From the NCBI GenBank assembly GCA_963710375.1, contig CAVPZX010000004.1, positions 1 through 64,000 on the forward strand: 64,000 bases of DNA, given 5' to 3'. Positions within the stretch are counted from its first letter, which is position 1; each line of letters begins with the position of its first letter. Below, piece after piece: positions 39,588 to 51,061 of this stretch. This stretch comes from Nitrospirota bacterium (lineage in GTDB: Bacteria; Nitrospirota; Thermodesulfovibrionia; Thermodesulfovibrionales; Dissulfurispiraceae). The notes beneath the pieces are model-generated. The model saw only the letters and a program-made list of their open reading frames with translations, was not told the DNA's origin and made no database searches. The translations under genes and the position numbers were made by a program.

Positions 39588-42500
39588 TTATTTCTCCTCG
39601 CACCACTTGCGGGCATTCTGGAATATCTTCAGCCATGGGGAAACTTTGAGTGTTTTCTTCATGTGCTCGGGCATCCATGCCCACTGCCACGTCAGGAACG
39701 TCCTTTCGGGATGGGGCATTAGAGCAAGATGCCTGCCGTCGGCAGTGCACAGGGCTGCAATTCCCGAAGGAGAGCCGTTTGGATTGAAGGGATAACTTTC
39801 CGTTATTTTACCGCTGTCATCTATGAACCGTATAGGTGCTAGGTTCTTGCTCATCACTTCTCTGTATATATTATCATCCGGGAAGTGAGCTCTCCCTTCG
39901 CCATGGGCCACCCATATACCGAGCGCAGAGCCTTCCATACCTTTCAGCATCAGCGCAGGGCTTTTGAGAATCCTTACTGCAGCAAAACGTGATTCAAATC
40001 TGCCCGACCTGTTCTGGATGAACCTCGGCTGGCGTTTACCAGGAATGCCCTGCCAGGGTACCCACCCGAGCAGCGCAGCGAGCTGGCACCCGTTGCATAC
40101 ACTTAAGCTGAATGTGTCCGCCCTCTTATAAAAATCATCGAACTGCTTAAAAAGAGTCTTGCTGAATCGTATAGTGCCGGCCCATCCCTTTCCAGAATCG
40201 AGCACATCTGCATAACTGAACCCCCCGACAAAAGCTATACCCTTAAACCGTGAGAGCGTTACACTGTCGCAGAGCAGATCGGTCATAGTCACGTCCCAGG
40301 GCTCAAAACCGGCCTGATAAAATGCTGAAGCCATTTCCCTGTCGGAATTGCTGCCTTCCTCCCTGACAACCGCAACAGCGGGTTTCACCTTCTTTTTCAT
40401 AAAAACAGCGGGCGTCTGCTTCGGGGTAAAGGAGAGATGGAATGAGGGCCCGGGCCTGTCATAAATTACAGCTTTCTCTTCAAGAACACACTCGGGATTT
40501 GCCTGAAGCATGTCCAGCTCGGTGGCTTGTCTCTTCCCATACGGATCTGAGTTCCAGCAAGTCCTTATCTAATACCAATTCACCGTTAAGGCGTATCCTG
40601 ATAGTCTTTTCAGTAAGACTGCCGCCGATAATATGGTAAGACACTTTGTTAGCCTTCAGTATAGACACAATTTCTTTCTCGTACTTTTTTTCATACTCCA
40701 CAACCAGTCCCAGTTCTTCCGAAAAGAAGACAGCGACGGGATCATCTGAATTACCGTCCTTGAGATCGACTTCCAGCCCGCAATTCCCTGAAAAGGCCAT
40801 TTCGAGCAGTGTAGTGATGAGACCTCCGTCGCTCCTGTCATGGCCTGCAAGCACCAGACCGCCATCTATCAGGAGTTGCACCGCATTAAAAACGTCCTTA
40901 AGCAGATGGCTGTCTTCCACATCGGGAGACGTGATCCCCACCTGTTTATAGCACTGGGCAAGCGCCGAACCTCCAAGCCTGTTTTTCCCCGACCCCATAT
41001 CGATATAGATAAGCCTGCTCTTGCCCTGGGCTTTAAGGTCAGGCGTAATCACCTTTGTAATATCAGGGCACGGGGCATAAGCAGATATAACCAGCGCTCC
41101 CGGGGACTTCACCATTTCAGTTTCTCCGGAGGGCTGTGTCACAATTGAAGCCATTGAGAGGCTGTCTTTACCACCGTCAACGGCAATGCCGAGTTCCAGC
41201 ATTATGTCCCTCATCGCTAAAGCAGCATCATAAAGCCGCGCGCCTTCGCCCGGAAGTTTTGGCGCCCACATCCAGTTGGCGGAACACCTGATATCCCTGA
41301 GCGCGCTTATTCGGGCCCAAATAATATTGGTTAACGCTTCTCCGACAGACATCCTGGCCATAGCTGAAGGATTGATGATCCCTTTGATCGGCTGCTCACC
41401 TATGGCTATGGCTGAACCGGTCAGGCCAAAATGGCTTTGTGCTATAACGGCCACGTCGGATACAGTGAGGCTGAAGCGGCCCTGCGCACTGCTGCCTGGC
41501 AATCAGACCTGAAACCGACCTGTCCACCTTGTTTGTCAGAAATCTCTTTGACCCCACCGATATAAGCCTGAGCACCCTGCCCAGAGCATCTTCAAACGAA
41601 AAGTCGTCAGGCAGGTCAAGCGGTTGCATATTGTAGTGAATGCGTTCCATTCTGAATACTTTCCTCGGCATGTCCCCAAGTACCCGTTCCAGGCTTAACT
41701 GCTCGGCAACCGTACCGTCATTCCCATCATATACTACAATTTCTCCGTTACCGGTTATTTCCCCGATCACTGCAACAGGGACCTTTTCCCTGCAGCAAAG
41801 CCTCATGAACATCTCTGTTTTCTCGGGGCGGATAAGAAGGGCGTCTTGTTCCTGGTATTCGGCGCCCCATATTTCAAGAACGGACAATGTATAATCGCCT
41901 GTAATTACCTTTCGAATATCGATCTTGGCGCCTGCCGGATGGACAATTTCCTTTACAACGTTGCAATTGCCGCCGGCCCCCTGGTCATGGATGCTGACAA
42001 TAGGATTGTCATCACCGAGTTCGATACATGCCCTTATGACCCTGTTCAGCTTTTGCTCCATTTCCGCATCGCCGCGCTGCACGGCGTTGAAATCGAGTTC
42101 CTCTACGTTTTCTCCCTGTATCATGCTTGAAGCAGACCCGCCTCCCATACCAATACGGTATGCAGGTCCGCCGATCTTGACCACTGACATGCCCGGTTCC
42201 GGCTCTTGTTTCTTTATGTGACGCGCATCGATCTGCCCTACGCCGCCGGTAAACATTATCGGTTTAATCCATTCCCTTCTCTCGCCGTCAGGGAGTCTCA
42301 GCCCGAACGACCTGGTAAAGCCCTGAATGACCGGTTCGCCAAACTTGTTTCCGTAGTCCGATGCCCCGTTGCTTGCCTCAATTTCTATCTGGAGCGGCGA
42401 GGCCATATTGCCGGGATAAATAAAGCAGCCGTGCTCCCAGGGCAGCGGATATCCCGGGATTTGTAAGTTTCCCACGCAGTAAGCCGCTGTTCCGGCAACA

Positions 42501-43528
42501 AAGAGGCTTCCCCTCCCAGTTGCATGCACGTCCCTTATTCTGCCGCCGGTGCCCGTTTCAGCGCCTGGAAACGGCGCAACCCCGGAAGGGAAATTATGTG
42601 TTTCTGCAGTAAAAATAATATGGTAAGCACATTGGGACAGCCTTAGCGGAGAGAAGGCCAGAGGATTTTCCGGCATAATAGTCGAAATTTCATATCCCCT
42701 GATAGCACTCGAATTGTCCCTGAATGCTATAATGCTGTTGCCTGGGTTTCTTATGTAAGGCTCCTTGACGATCTGCATCAGGTTTTCAGGCAGGGCCTTG
42801 CCGTCAATAATAAGCCTGCCGTTGAAAAACCAATGGCGGGAGTGTTCGCTGTTGGACTGGCTCAGGTCGAAGCATTCCACGTCGGTCGGATCTCTTTTCA
42901 GCTCATCTTTAAATAACCGGTAGTAAAAATCGATGTCCCATTCATCGAAGCCGAGACCCAACTCTTTGTTGATCTGCACCAGCGCCTGTTTGCCATATTC
43001 CATGACAGGTATGATTTTGACCGGTTCAGGCCTGATCCCTGTCTCAAAAGTCGTAAGGGGCTCGCGGTACAGGGTTTCTGTCATCCTGTCGTGAATAAGC
43101 CTGTGGAATTCTTCTTTAGGAAAAGCTGCCTGTTTACCGCCCTTTCGCGGCAGCAGCCTGAATCTCCTGGAGCGCTCTATGCGCCAGACTTTCAGCAAAC
43201 CGCAGGCGTGGCAGATCGAAACTGCATTCGCAGACCACGCTGTAGTAAAGTTCAATCGCGGACCTACCTCAAAGTAGTATCCATCTCCAGCCAAGAAACT
43301 CTTGTCGGAAAAGTTGTCAGGCTCGAAGGTCTCGGCAAGGAGCCACCGGAGGACTTTCAGTTCTCTCTCGGTGAGAGGTCCCGATGTCTCTATATTAAAG
43401 CAGAACTCTGTTTCAATATCTGCGATATCAGGAGAGATACTTTCCTTCACCGTGTTCAGGAGCACGTTTCTCTTATACGGAGAGAGGGCAGGGGTGCGAT
43501 AGAGATGGAAAAGTTTTTTATCCGACAT
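39588..43528 (-). CDS. purL: Large (fused) phosphoribosylformylglycinamidine synthase, split by two +1 frameshifts
   Basis: SEHSRH, AETHNFP, GGRIRD, DGGKDSLSM, GGFSYAD, CNGCQ and MPHPER lie in three frames; removing one base at about 41469 and one at about 40521 restores a single ORF. Confidence 0.93.
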
Positions 43529-43664
43529 TGTCTGCTTCTCGACAATATATTCGCATGGAACATTTTACCATACTGCACAGCAGAGATTGTAAACTATGCC
43601 GGCACTCTCTCCGGATAAAAAAGTCACCGTCCATGTTTTTCCGTAATCGGAATTATATCTGTTA

Positions 43665-43862
43665 TTCAGACAGTGTAATGAAGGATATGTCTCTTACGCT
43701 CAGGCGCTACGTCCTGACAGTTCTAACGGCTTGTTCGCTACAGCCGCAAAACTCGCCCTTCGGGCTCAGACATTGCGCCTGTTAGACGCTCACTTCGCCG
43801 AGAACTGTTACCAGGACTCCGCGATTCGCTTCAGAGACACATCCTTCATTACACTGTCTGAA
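43665..43862. mobile_element. MITE-like element with about 30-bp terminal inverted repeats
   Basis: ttcagacagtgtaatgaaggatatgtctct ... agagacacatccttcattacactgtctgaa. Confidence 0.7.
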
Positions 43863-43921
43863 TTGCAGGGAAGTATATATAATAACTATGGTAAAATATG
43901 TTTTATATTTCAATATAAGAG

Positions 43922-45811
43922 GTGACGATACTGGAACTGCGTTTGACTTCAGATGAAGTCGTGCAAACTCACAAGGGAGAGAGTCTTTACACCGCCCTGA
44001 AAAAAGCCGGCATTTATCTTGTCGCCTCCTGCGGCGGCAAAGGCACATGCGGGAAATGCAGAGTAAAAGTCCTTGACGGAACTGCTGATTCTCTCTCATA
44101 CGGAAAACTGACTGCAAAAGAGCGTGAAACCGGTTTAGTGCTTGCGTGCCAGACCTTTCCTAAAAGCGATCTCGCTGTTGAGATACCGAAAGAGTCAAAA
44201 CTCGCAATAGGAGACAAGATTGCTATTGCCAGAACTAAAAACCTCGTTGAGTACCTTGAGTCCTTCGGTGTTACTATCAACCCTCCGATTAAACGGATCG
44301 CTCTCGAACTCCCGCCTCCAACCATTATAGACAACATCAGCGACCTTGAACGCCTAAAAAGGGCGCTGGATAAAAAAGGTTTGAGGGATATGGTTTTTTC
44401 ACACGGATTTATATCGACAATGGGCAAGACACTTCGTGAGGCGGAGTGGAAGGTCGATCTTACATATGTGCCGGGCAACGACGTTAGAGGCGAGGCCATT
44501 TTCTTATCGTTTCCGGGGCATTGCAGCAGACGGTACGGATTGGCAATCGACATCGGCACCACCACTGTTGTCGTATATGTTGTAAATCTGCTCGACGGGG
44601 CCGTAATGGACATCGGTTCAACTTATAACTCCCAGATGCGTTTCGGCGATGATGTGATAACAAGGATAGTCCATGCAACCGAAAAGGGAGGGCTCGGTGA
44701 ACTTAGAAACGCTGTGGTTGCCGATATCAACACAATAGTCGCCCCCCTTTTGGAACGGCATGGCATTGAAACATGTGAGGTAGATTCGGCCACTATAGCG
44801 GGCAATACAACAATGTCCCATATATTCTGGGGAATGGACCCAGGCTCCATCAGGGAAGCGCCTTACATCCCTGCGCTCAACTTTTTCCCGCTCTGGAAAG
44901 GAGGCAGTGCCAGACTTTCCATTAACCCCCAGTCGCCCGTTTATACTGTTCCATGCGTAGCCAGTTATGTTGGAGGCGATATTGTTGCCGGGGTGCTCGC
45001 CTCGAAAATGTGCCGGAACCCTGAAATAGCACTTTTTATGGACATAGGCACCAATGGTGAAATAGCCATCGGCAATAATGAATGGCTTATGGCTGCTGCC
45101 TGTTCAGCCGGACCATGTTTCGAAGGCAGCGGGATACGATGCGGAATGCGCGCGACAACTGGAGCAATTGAGGCTATCAAAATCAACAAGCAAACTCTCG
45201 AACCCGAAATATCTGTGATAGGCGGCGGCATACCAATGGGGATATGCGGATCGGGGATGATAGACGCAGTATCTGAGATGTTCCTTACAGGAATTCTCGA
45301 CCTCAAGGGTAAGTTTGTTTCCGGCAAGACCGACAGGGTACGGGACGGCGAAGACAAGTTAGAGTATGTTTTCGAGGGGGGTGATGCCCGGCATAAGGAA
45401 ATCGTGCTTACCGAGGTCAACATCGAAAATCTGCTTCGGGCCAAGGCCGCCATCTACGCCGGCGTTACGACACTGCTCGGCGAAGCCGGTTTCACCCTTG
45501 ATGCAATTGAAAAAATATATATAGCAGGCGGATTCGGCAATTATCTGAATATCGAGAGGGCAATAACACTGGGCATGCTACCTGATGCTCCCATAGATCG
45601 GTTTGTCTTTATGGGAAACACGTCTATCACCGGCGCATACCTCTGCCTGCTTTCCGAAGAATTAAGAAACGAAGCCGAAGAAATCGCTTCAAAAATGACC
45701 TACGTGGAACTTTCCGTTTCCCGCAGCTTTATGGACGAATATATGTCCGCACTCTTCCTGCCCCATACCGATATCAACCAGTTCCCTACGGTGGCAGCAT
45801 TGATGAAATGA
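43922..45811 (+). CDS. ASKHA-type reductive activator of corrinoid proteins (RACo/AcsV-like) with an N-terminal 2Fe-2S domain
   Basis: CGGKGTCGKC...LACQ, DIGTTT, GDDVITRI, DIGTNGE, GICGSG and AGGFG. Confidence 0.9.
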   Translation: MTILELRLTSDEVVQTHKGESLYTALKKAGIYLVASCGGKGTCGKCRVKVLDGTADSLSYGKLTAKERETGLVLACQTFPKSDLAVEIPKESKLAIGDKIAIARTKNLVEYLESFGVTINPPIKRIALELPPPTIIDNISDLERLKRALDKKGLRDMVFSHGFISTMGKTLREAEWKVDLTYVPGNDVRGEAIFLSFPGHCSRRYGLAIDIGTTTVVVYVVNLLDGAVMDIGSTYNSQMRFGDDVITRIVHATEKGGLGELRNAVVADINTIVAPLLERHGIETCEVDSATIAGNTTMSHIFWGMDPGSIREAPYIPALNFFPLWKGGSARLSINPQSPVYTVPCVASYVGGDIVAGVLASKMCRNPEIALFMDIGTNGEIAIGNNEWLMAAACSAGPCFEGSGIRCGMRATTGAIEAIKINKQTLEPEISVIGGGIPMGICGSGMIDAVSEMFLTGILDLKGKFVSGKTDRVRDGEDKLEYVFEGGDARHKEIVLTEVNIENLLRAKAAIYAGVTTLLGEAGFTLDAIEKIYIAGGFGNYLNIERAITLGMLPDAPIDRFVFMGNTSITGAYLCLLSEELRNEAEEIASKMTYVELSVSRSFMDEYMSALFLPHTDINQFPTVAALMK

Positions 45812-46005
45812 GCCAATACTCGGATTTTGCATCAGATGACAGCACAGAGTATATATGCCCTATATGTGGAGCAGTGCTCACCACTGAGGAGCGTACCGAA
45901 GACGGCTGGAACTGCAAATGTGGAGAATTCATTCCCAAAAACCTGGCGGTCAACCCATTTAAAGGATTGTCAAATAAGCACAGGAAGAATAATAACTGGA
46001 GATAA
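45808..46005 (+). CDS. Small zinc-ribbon protein
   Basis: CPICG...CKCGE; ATGA overlap with the RACo gene. Confidence 0.6.
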   Translation: MSQYSDFASDDSTEYICPICGAVLTTEERTEDGWNCKCGEFIPKNLAVNPFKGLSNKHRKNNNWR

Positions 46006-46035
46006 ACGGGGCTAATTCAGACAATACGCGGACAG

Positions 46036-46278
46036 ATGAGTGATGACCTAATTAAGGAGGAAGAGAAAAACATGCGGCGGCTGAGATGGATCGTTGACCT
46101 TACTCAGGCGACCCTGATGCAGTCCGATCTGACGCTGCATGAATCACTGGCGCTGATGAACAATACAAGGAAAACTGTGCTTTATCTTTTCCCTGATAGG
46201 GAGTTTGTTTATGACCTTATATATACACCTCGATTCCGGAGAATACTGGATGAGCGGTTCGGGATTGCGGATAATTAA
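46036..46278 (+). CDS. Conserved-looking hypothetical protein
   Basis: LFPD...YDLIY.PRFRR motif; co-oriented with the RACo operon. Confidence 0.65.
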   Translation: MSDDLIKEEEKNMRRLRWIVDLTQATLMQSDLTLHESLALMNNTRKTVLYLFPDREFVYDLIYTPRFRRILDERFGIADN

Positions 46279-46441
46279 ACGATACCCGATAAGAACACTG
46301 ATAAAATTCCTGCCCTGTAAAGAAATGTTTCAAATAGAAAAGCGCGGCCCGTCTTAATGCCTTCCTCTGTGGTGCATCCATCCGCTGAGTACCGACAATA
46401 TATCTATTGACGGCTTATTGCTTTTTATCATACACTATAAT

Positions 46442-46457
46442 ACATTGTAAACAATGT
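46442..46457. promoter_or_regulatory. Palindromic operator of the toxin-antitoxin operon
   Basis: Perfect ACATTGT-AA-ACAATGT between TATAAT (46436) and the AGGAGG RBS. Confidence 0.65.
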
Positions 46458-46468
46458 CAGGAGGTTAT

Positions 46469-46894
46469 ATGACAACTGCAACAAAAACAGTGACAAAAAG
46501 CATAAGGATGCAGCACAAAGATCTCGCCGAAATAGAGAGATTATCAAGGCAGTCGGGAAAAGATTTCTCAGCTATAACAAATGAACTCCTGAGAGAAGCC
46601 ATAAAAATGAGAAAATGCCCTGGCATTGTCTTCGCCCATGAGATGGAAAGATCGGCAAAAATAGCCGGCTCCGGGATAGAAGTATGGGAAGTCATTGCGC
46701 AATACAAGGCCATGGACAAGGATGAACAGCGATTGAAAAAAGCTTTCCATTGGCTTACTGAATATCAGCTCAGGTCCGCGCTGGGCTACTATAAAGCTTA
46801 TCCTGAGGAGATAGACCGTCAAATAGAACTGAATGAAATGGTGAATGAGGACTATGTGAGAAAAAACTATTCGCACCTGCGGGTAGGCGCGTAA
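46469..46894 (+). CDS. Antitoxin, RHH-like + DUF433
   Basis: TKSIRM...AITNELLREAI; IAGSGIEVWEVI...LT..QL..AL.YY..YPEEID. Confidence 0.85.
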   Translation: MTTATKTVTKSIRMQHKDLAEIERLSRQSGKDFSAITNELLREAIKMRKCPGIVFAHEMERSAKIAGSGIEVWEVIAQYKAMDKDEQRLKKAFHWLTEYQLRSALGYYKAYPEEIDRQIELNEMVNEDYVRKNYSHLRVGA

Positions 46895-46895
46895 A

Positions 46896-47252
46896 TTGAC
46901 ATTCTACCTTGATGAAGATATAAGCCCTAAGATTGCCGAAATATTAAGACAGAATGATATCGATGCGGTAAGCGCCCATGAAGTGGGCAGGGGAGGAACC
47001 AGCGTATCCGATGAAGAGCAACTCGCATATGCTGCAACACAGGACAGATGCCTTGTAACATACAATGGACGCCATTTTGTGGTTCTGACAAGCAAATTCT
47101 TCGAGAAAGAATGGAAGCACTTCGGAATTCTCATCATACCAAGCTCCATACCGTCAGATAATTTTGGAATGATTTCTAAAGCATTAGTCAAATACGCCAG
47201 GCAACATCAAGAGGGCATGCTGCCCTATAGCTGTGACTTCTTGAAAAAGTAA
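46896..47252 (+). CDS. DUF5615 PIN-like toxin
   Basis: FYLDEDIS, SDEEQL..A, LVTYN and HFGIL. Confidence 0.88.
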   Translation: MTFYLDEDISPKIAEILRQNDIDAVSAHEVGRGGTSVSDEEQLAYAATQDRCLVTYNGRHFVVLTSKFFEKEWKHFGILIIPSSIPSDNFGMISKALVKYARQHQEGMLPYSCDFLKK

Positions 47253-47352
47253 AAAGAGGATTCGCCAGGCGGTGGATAAATCAACATCCGTTTCTGCTAA
47301 TATACGATATGAGAGACAGCGCATCCGACAACACATTGAGGATACTTAACTG

Positions 47353-49485
47353 ATGGGCTTCTGGAAAGACATCAATAGAGATTATCACGCAATCTTCGAG
47401 CGTGATCCAGCTGCAAGAAATGCTGTTGAGGTCCTGTTGACCTATCCGGGGTTTCATGCCATTTTTATGCACCGCATAAGCCATGCGCTCTGGAATCTTC
47501 GCATACCGGTCCTCCCCAGATTCCTGTCCCATGTAGCGCGGTTCCTCACCGGCATCGAGATTCATCCGGCCGCAAAAATAGGGAGCGGTTTCTTTATTGA
47601 TCACGGTATGGGAGTCGTCATAGGAGAGACTACAGAGATAGGGAATGATTGCCTCTTGTACCAGGGGGTGACACTTGGCGGCACGGGAAAAGAAAAAGGG
47701 AAGCGCCACCCGACACTCGGGAATAACGTGGTCGTAGGAACAGGAGCAAAGATACTTGGACCGATGAAGATAGGCGATTATGTTAAAATTGGCGCTAATT
47801 CGGTTGTTTTGAACCCTGTCCCGGATTACGCCATTGTTGTTGGCGTGCCTGGCCGGATCATAAAAAAGAAAGTCGTGCGGATGGAGGCTGGAGGCCCTGT
47901 TGAGGCGCTTGACCATGTGAAACTCCCGGACCCTGTAAATGAAAAAATGATAGAGTTCGCAGAGCAGATAGAAAAAATTGAAGCGAGGATCGATAAAATG
48001 GAAGGTAAAAGAGCGGGCATGAAGATATTCAATACCATGACAGGGAAAAAAGAAGACTTTATCCCCATAGAGAATGGCAAGGTGGGCATCTATGCCTGCG
48101 GAGTTACAGTCTACGACTATTCGCATATCGGCCATGCAAGGAGTGCCGTGGTTTTTGATATCATCAGCCGGTATCTGAGACATAAGGGATTCACAGTCAA
48201 ATATGTCAGGAACTTTACCGATATAGACGACAAAATAATAAAGCGGGCCAACGAGGAAGGGATCACATGGGACAAAGTCGCACAAAAATATATCGCCGGA
48301 TATTATGAGGATATGGACCGGCTCGGTGTAGCGCGGCCCGATTTGGAGCCGAGGGCAACAGACCATATAAAGGAAATGATTGGAGTCATAAAGGCGCTTA
48401 TTGATAATGGTCACGCCTACGTGTCCGATGGGAGCGTATATTTTGCTGTTGATACATTCCCCGACTATGGCAAGCTCTCAGGGAAAGAGCAAAAAGACCT
48501 CCTTGCAGGCGCGCGTGTCAATATTGAGGAAAATAAAAGGAACCCATCCGATTTTGCACTTTGGAAGGCCTCCAAAGAAAACGAACCGTGGTGGGAGAGC
48601 CCCTGGGGCAAAGGACGTCCGGGATGGCACATTGAATGCACGGCGATGGCAATCCGCCATCTCGGCGAATCTATTGACGTTCATGGCGGCGGCGCTGATC
48701 TTATCTTCCCACACCATGACAATGAGATAGCACAGTCAGAGGCATTCACCGGGAAGCCCTTCGCAAAATATTGGGTCCATAACGGCTTTATCACTATCGA
48801 TAAAGAGAAAATGTCAAAATCTCTTGGAAACTTCTTCACTATCCGTGAAATACTTGATAAATTCGATCCAGAGGTCATAAGACTATTCCTGATCTCAAGT
48901 CATTACCGCAGCCCTATTGAATTTTCGAGCGAACAGTTGCGCGATGCAGAATCATCTTTGGGCCGGTATTACAGCACTATTTCCAGGATCAATGAATTTT
49001 TATCCTGCACCCAGGCATCGGCGCCTAAGCCAAATAAGGATATAGACGAAATATCCGACGAACTCACTTCAGTGCTCGATAAATTTAAAGATCGGTTTGA
49101 AGAAGCGATGGACGATGATTTCAACACCGCCCTCGCAATAGGGCACGTCTTTGAGCTTATCAGGGTGATCAACAAATTCCTCGATGCGAAACCTCAAGGT
49201 AAGGATGCCCGGACACTGATAGAGCGGGCACGGGATACGCTGCATTTAGCAAACAGCGTGCTTAATCTATTCAACAGGACCCCGGCAAAATGGAATGTCG
49301 ATCTGCTGGCTATCAAGAAGATCCCTTTCACAGAGGTCGAGATAGAACAGAAGATAGAGGCCCGGCGGAGCGCAAGGGAGGACAAAGATTGGGCGCTGGC
49401 TGATTCAATCAGGAAAGAGCTTGAGGAGAAAGGGATACTGCTTGAAGATAAAAAGGACAGCACCGGCTGGAAAGTAAAGATTTAA
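47353..49485 (+). CDS. cysS: Serine O-acetyltransferase fused to cysteine--tRNA ligase (CysE-CysS)
   Basis: N-terminal DPAAR, IEIHPAA, FIDHG and KRHPT; from MKIFNT onward [20 protein letters not shown] and KMSKS; no stop codon between the two parts. Confidence 0.9.
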   Translation: MGFWKDINRDYHAIFERDPAARNAVEVLLTYPGFHAIFMHRISHALWNLRIPVLPRFLSHVARFLTGIEIHPAAKIGSGFFIDHGMGVVIGETTEIGNDCLLYQGVTLGGTGKEKGKRHPTLGNNVVVGTGAKILGPMKIGDYVKIGANSVVLNPVPDYAIVVGVPGRIIKKKVVRMEAGGPVEALDHVKLPDPVNEKMIEFAEQIEKIEARIDKMEGKRAGMKIFNTMTGKKEDFIPIENGKVGIYACGVTVYDYSHIGHARSAVVFDIISRYLRHKGFTVKYVRNFTDIDDKIIKRANEEGITWDKVAQKYIAGYYEDMDRLGVARPDLEPRATDHIKEMIGVIKALIDNGHAYVSDGSVYFAVDTFPDYGKLSGKEQKDLLAGARVNIEENKRNPSDFALWKASKENEPWWESPWGKGRPGWHIECTAMAIRHLGESIDVHGGGADLIFPHHDNEIAQSEAFTGKPFAKYWVHNGFITIDKEKMSKSLGNFFTIREILDKFDPEVIRLFLISSHYRSPIEFSSEQLRDAESSLGRYYSTISRINEFLSCTQASAPKPNKDIDEISDELTSVLDKFKDRFEEAMDDDFNTALAIGHVFELIRVINKFLDAKPQGKDARTLIERARDTLHLANSVLNLFNRTPAKWNVDLLAIKKIPFTEVEIEQKIEARRSAREDKDWALADSIRKELEEKGILLEDKKDSTGWKVKI

Positions 49486-50081
49486 AGCAACAGCAGCAGG
49501 CTCATCATTGAAATAGACCAGATGATATCGATCGGCACATGAAGCTCGCAGGTTGCATCAAGCAGCAGTTCAACTCGTGCATCAAACTCCTCATCGGCAG
49601 TCCACAGGATAATGGTCACAGGGATTCTCGGAAATGGAAGCAGCACAAACGCGGCATCCCCGTATTGCACCGGAGTGCCGCCAAACTGGGCCCCCTTCAT
49701 CATAAATCCTTTAACATCACCGGCATATTTCCCTGCCACCCTGTCGAGAGGCATAACATGCGAACCCCTGAAAAAATGATGCCCTCCTTTGAGGTTATCA
49801 GGTTTCAACAATCTGGCGTACAACGGTATATCTTTGGCGCTGGTCAGATACCATGGGACCGAAAGTCTGAAAAAATAGCTGAGCTTGCCCAACAGGATAT
49901 CCCCATCGGCAGTGATGCTTTCTATCAGCTTTTCTCCCGGAGATATAGAAAAGTCCATACCGCATGATGCGAGGATGTACCGTCCTGTTGCCGCATCGAA
50001 TCCGACTGCCGCATTCTTACAGATAACAGCCGGATCAGCTTCTTCCAGTCGCTGCCATGCCTTGTCTTCTCCTGATTGCAT
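49482..50081 (-). CDS. DUF3786-family protein
   Basis: GG..FF.G.H, GDAAF...PFPRIP..IILW.ADEEF and LLD. Confidence 0.8.
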   Translation of the reverse strand: MQSGEDKAWQRLEEADPAVICKNAAVGFDAATGRYILASCGMDFSISPGEKLIESITADGDILLGKLSYFFRLSVPWYLTSAKDIPLYARLLKPDNLKGGHHFFRGSHVMPLDRVAGKYAGDVKGFMMKGAQFGGTPVQYGDAAFVLLPFPRIPVTIILWTADEEFDARVELLLDATCELHVPIDIIWSISMMSLLLLL

Positions 50082-50099
50082 GGTGCATTATAACTCATA

Positions 50100-50214
50100 A
50101 AAATGTGAATAGTGAATGGCGAATAGTGAAGCGTGAACGGCTCAAGGCAAAACAGAAAACAAAACATCTATACTTTTTAACTATTCACCATTCACCTTTC
50201 ACTATTCACATTTT
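50100..50214. repeat. Hairpin of inverted heptamer repeats (GTGAATA/TATTCAC type)
   Basis: About 5 units on the left and about 4 on the right, in a divergent intergenic region. Confidence 0.8.
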
Positions 50215-50280
50215 GGAGTTGCTCCCTTTCCATATGACTGTTGCTTATGAAAAATGCTATATTCCAAGCAATAAGGGCTT

Positions 50281-51027
50281 ATGAAAAGAATACAAGATAA
50301 AGGCGAATGGACATACGGAATTAACCCTGTTCTGGAGGCAATAAAGTCAGGGCGGAGAATCAGCGCCGTGTACGTCTACCAACAGAGCCGGCATACCCTC
50401 AGCACGATAATTGAGGCGGCAAGTGCAAATGGCATTCCCGTGAAGTTCGAAACAAAAGAGTTTTTTGAAAGCAGATTTCATAAAGGCCATCAAGGTATCG
50501 CAGCGAGTGCAGGCAAAAGGAAAACAATAAGTATTGAGGAATTGTTGAACATCCCTGCTCGAACAGGAGAGGTCCCTTTTTTTATTGTCCTCGATAGCAT
50601 TGAGGACCCGAGGAATTTCGGTGCGATCCTGAGAGTCGCCGATGCTGCGCGGGTGCACGGGGTGGTGTTCCAGTCTCATCGGTCGGCTGGGATTACCCCT
50701 GTGACTGCAAAAGCATCGGCAGGCGCACTCGAACATGTATACCTTGCCGAGACAGTCAACATAAAGCACGCGATGGAGAAAATGAGGAAGGCGGACATCG
50801 TCTTGATCGGCGCCGAAGCCGGGACAGGAAAAACACTCTGGAATATAGACATGAGGGTCCCTTTGGCCCTGGTAGTAGGATCTGAAGGAGCAGGCCTGAG
50901 GCGGACCGTACGTGACATGTGCGATATGACCGTGAGCCTGCCCATGAAAGGAAAAGTTAATTCACTTAATGTATCAGTTGCAGCCGGTATCCTCGCCTAC
51001 GAGGTCATGCGCCAAAGGAAATCATAA
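50281..51027 (+). CDS. rlmB: 23S rRNA G2251 2'-O-methyltransferase
   Basis: HQGI, DPRNFGAILR, GSEGAGLR and SLNVSVA; near cysS. Confidence 0.92.
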   Translation: MKRIQDKGEWTYGINPVLEAIKSGRRISAVYVYQQSRHTLSTIIEAASANGIPVKFETKEFFESRFHKGHQGIAASAGKRKTISIEELLNIPARTGEVPFFIVLDSIEDPRNFGAILRVADAARVHGVVFQSHRSAGITPVTAKASAGALEHVYLAETVNIKHAMEKMRKADIVLIGAEAGTGKTLWNIDMRVPLALVVGSEGAGLRRTVRDMCDMTVSLPMKGKVNSLNVSVAAGILAYEVMRQRKS

Positions 51028-51061
51028 GCTGCTTTCTCCGGTACCAATGCGCATTCTGTAG

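Noticed and set aside
40515..41480. Programmed frameshifting in purL
   Set aside because: No slippery sequence at either site, and the same indel pattern occurs in unrelated genes.
47281..48414. 377-aa minus-strand ORF
   Set aside because: It is the antisense shadow of cysE-cysS and has no motifs. The same applies to most short overlapping ORFs in the track.
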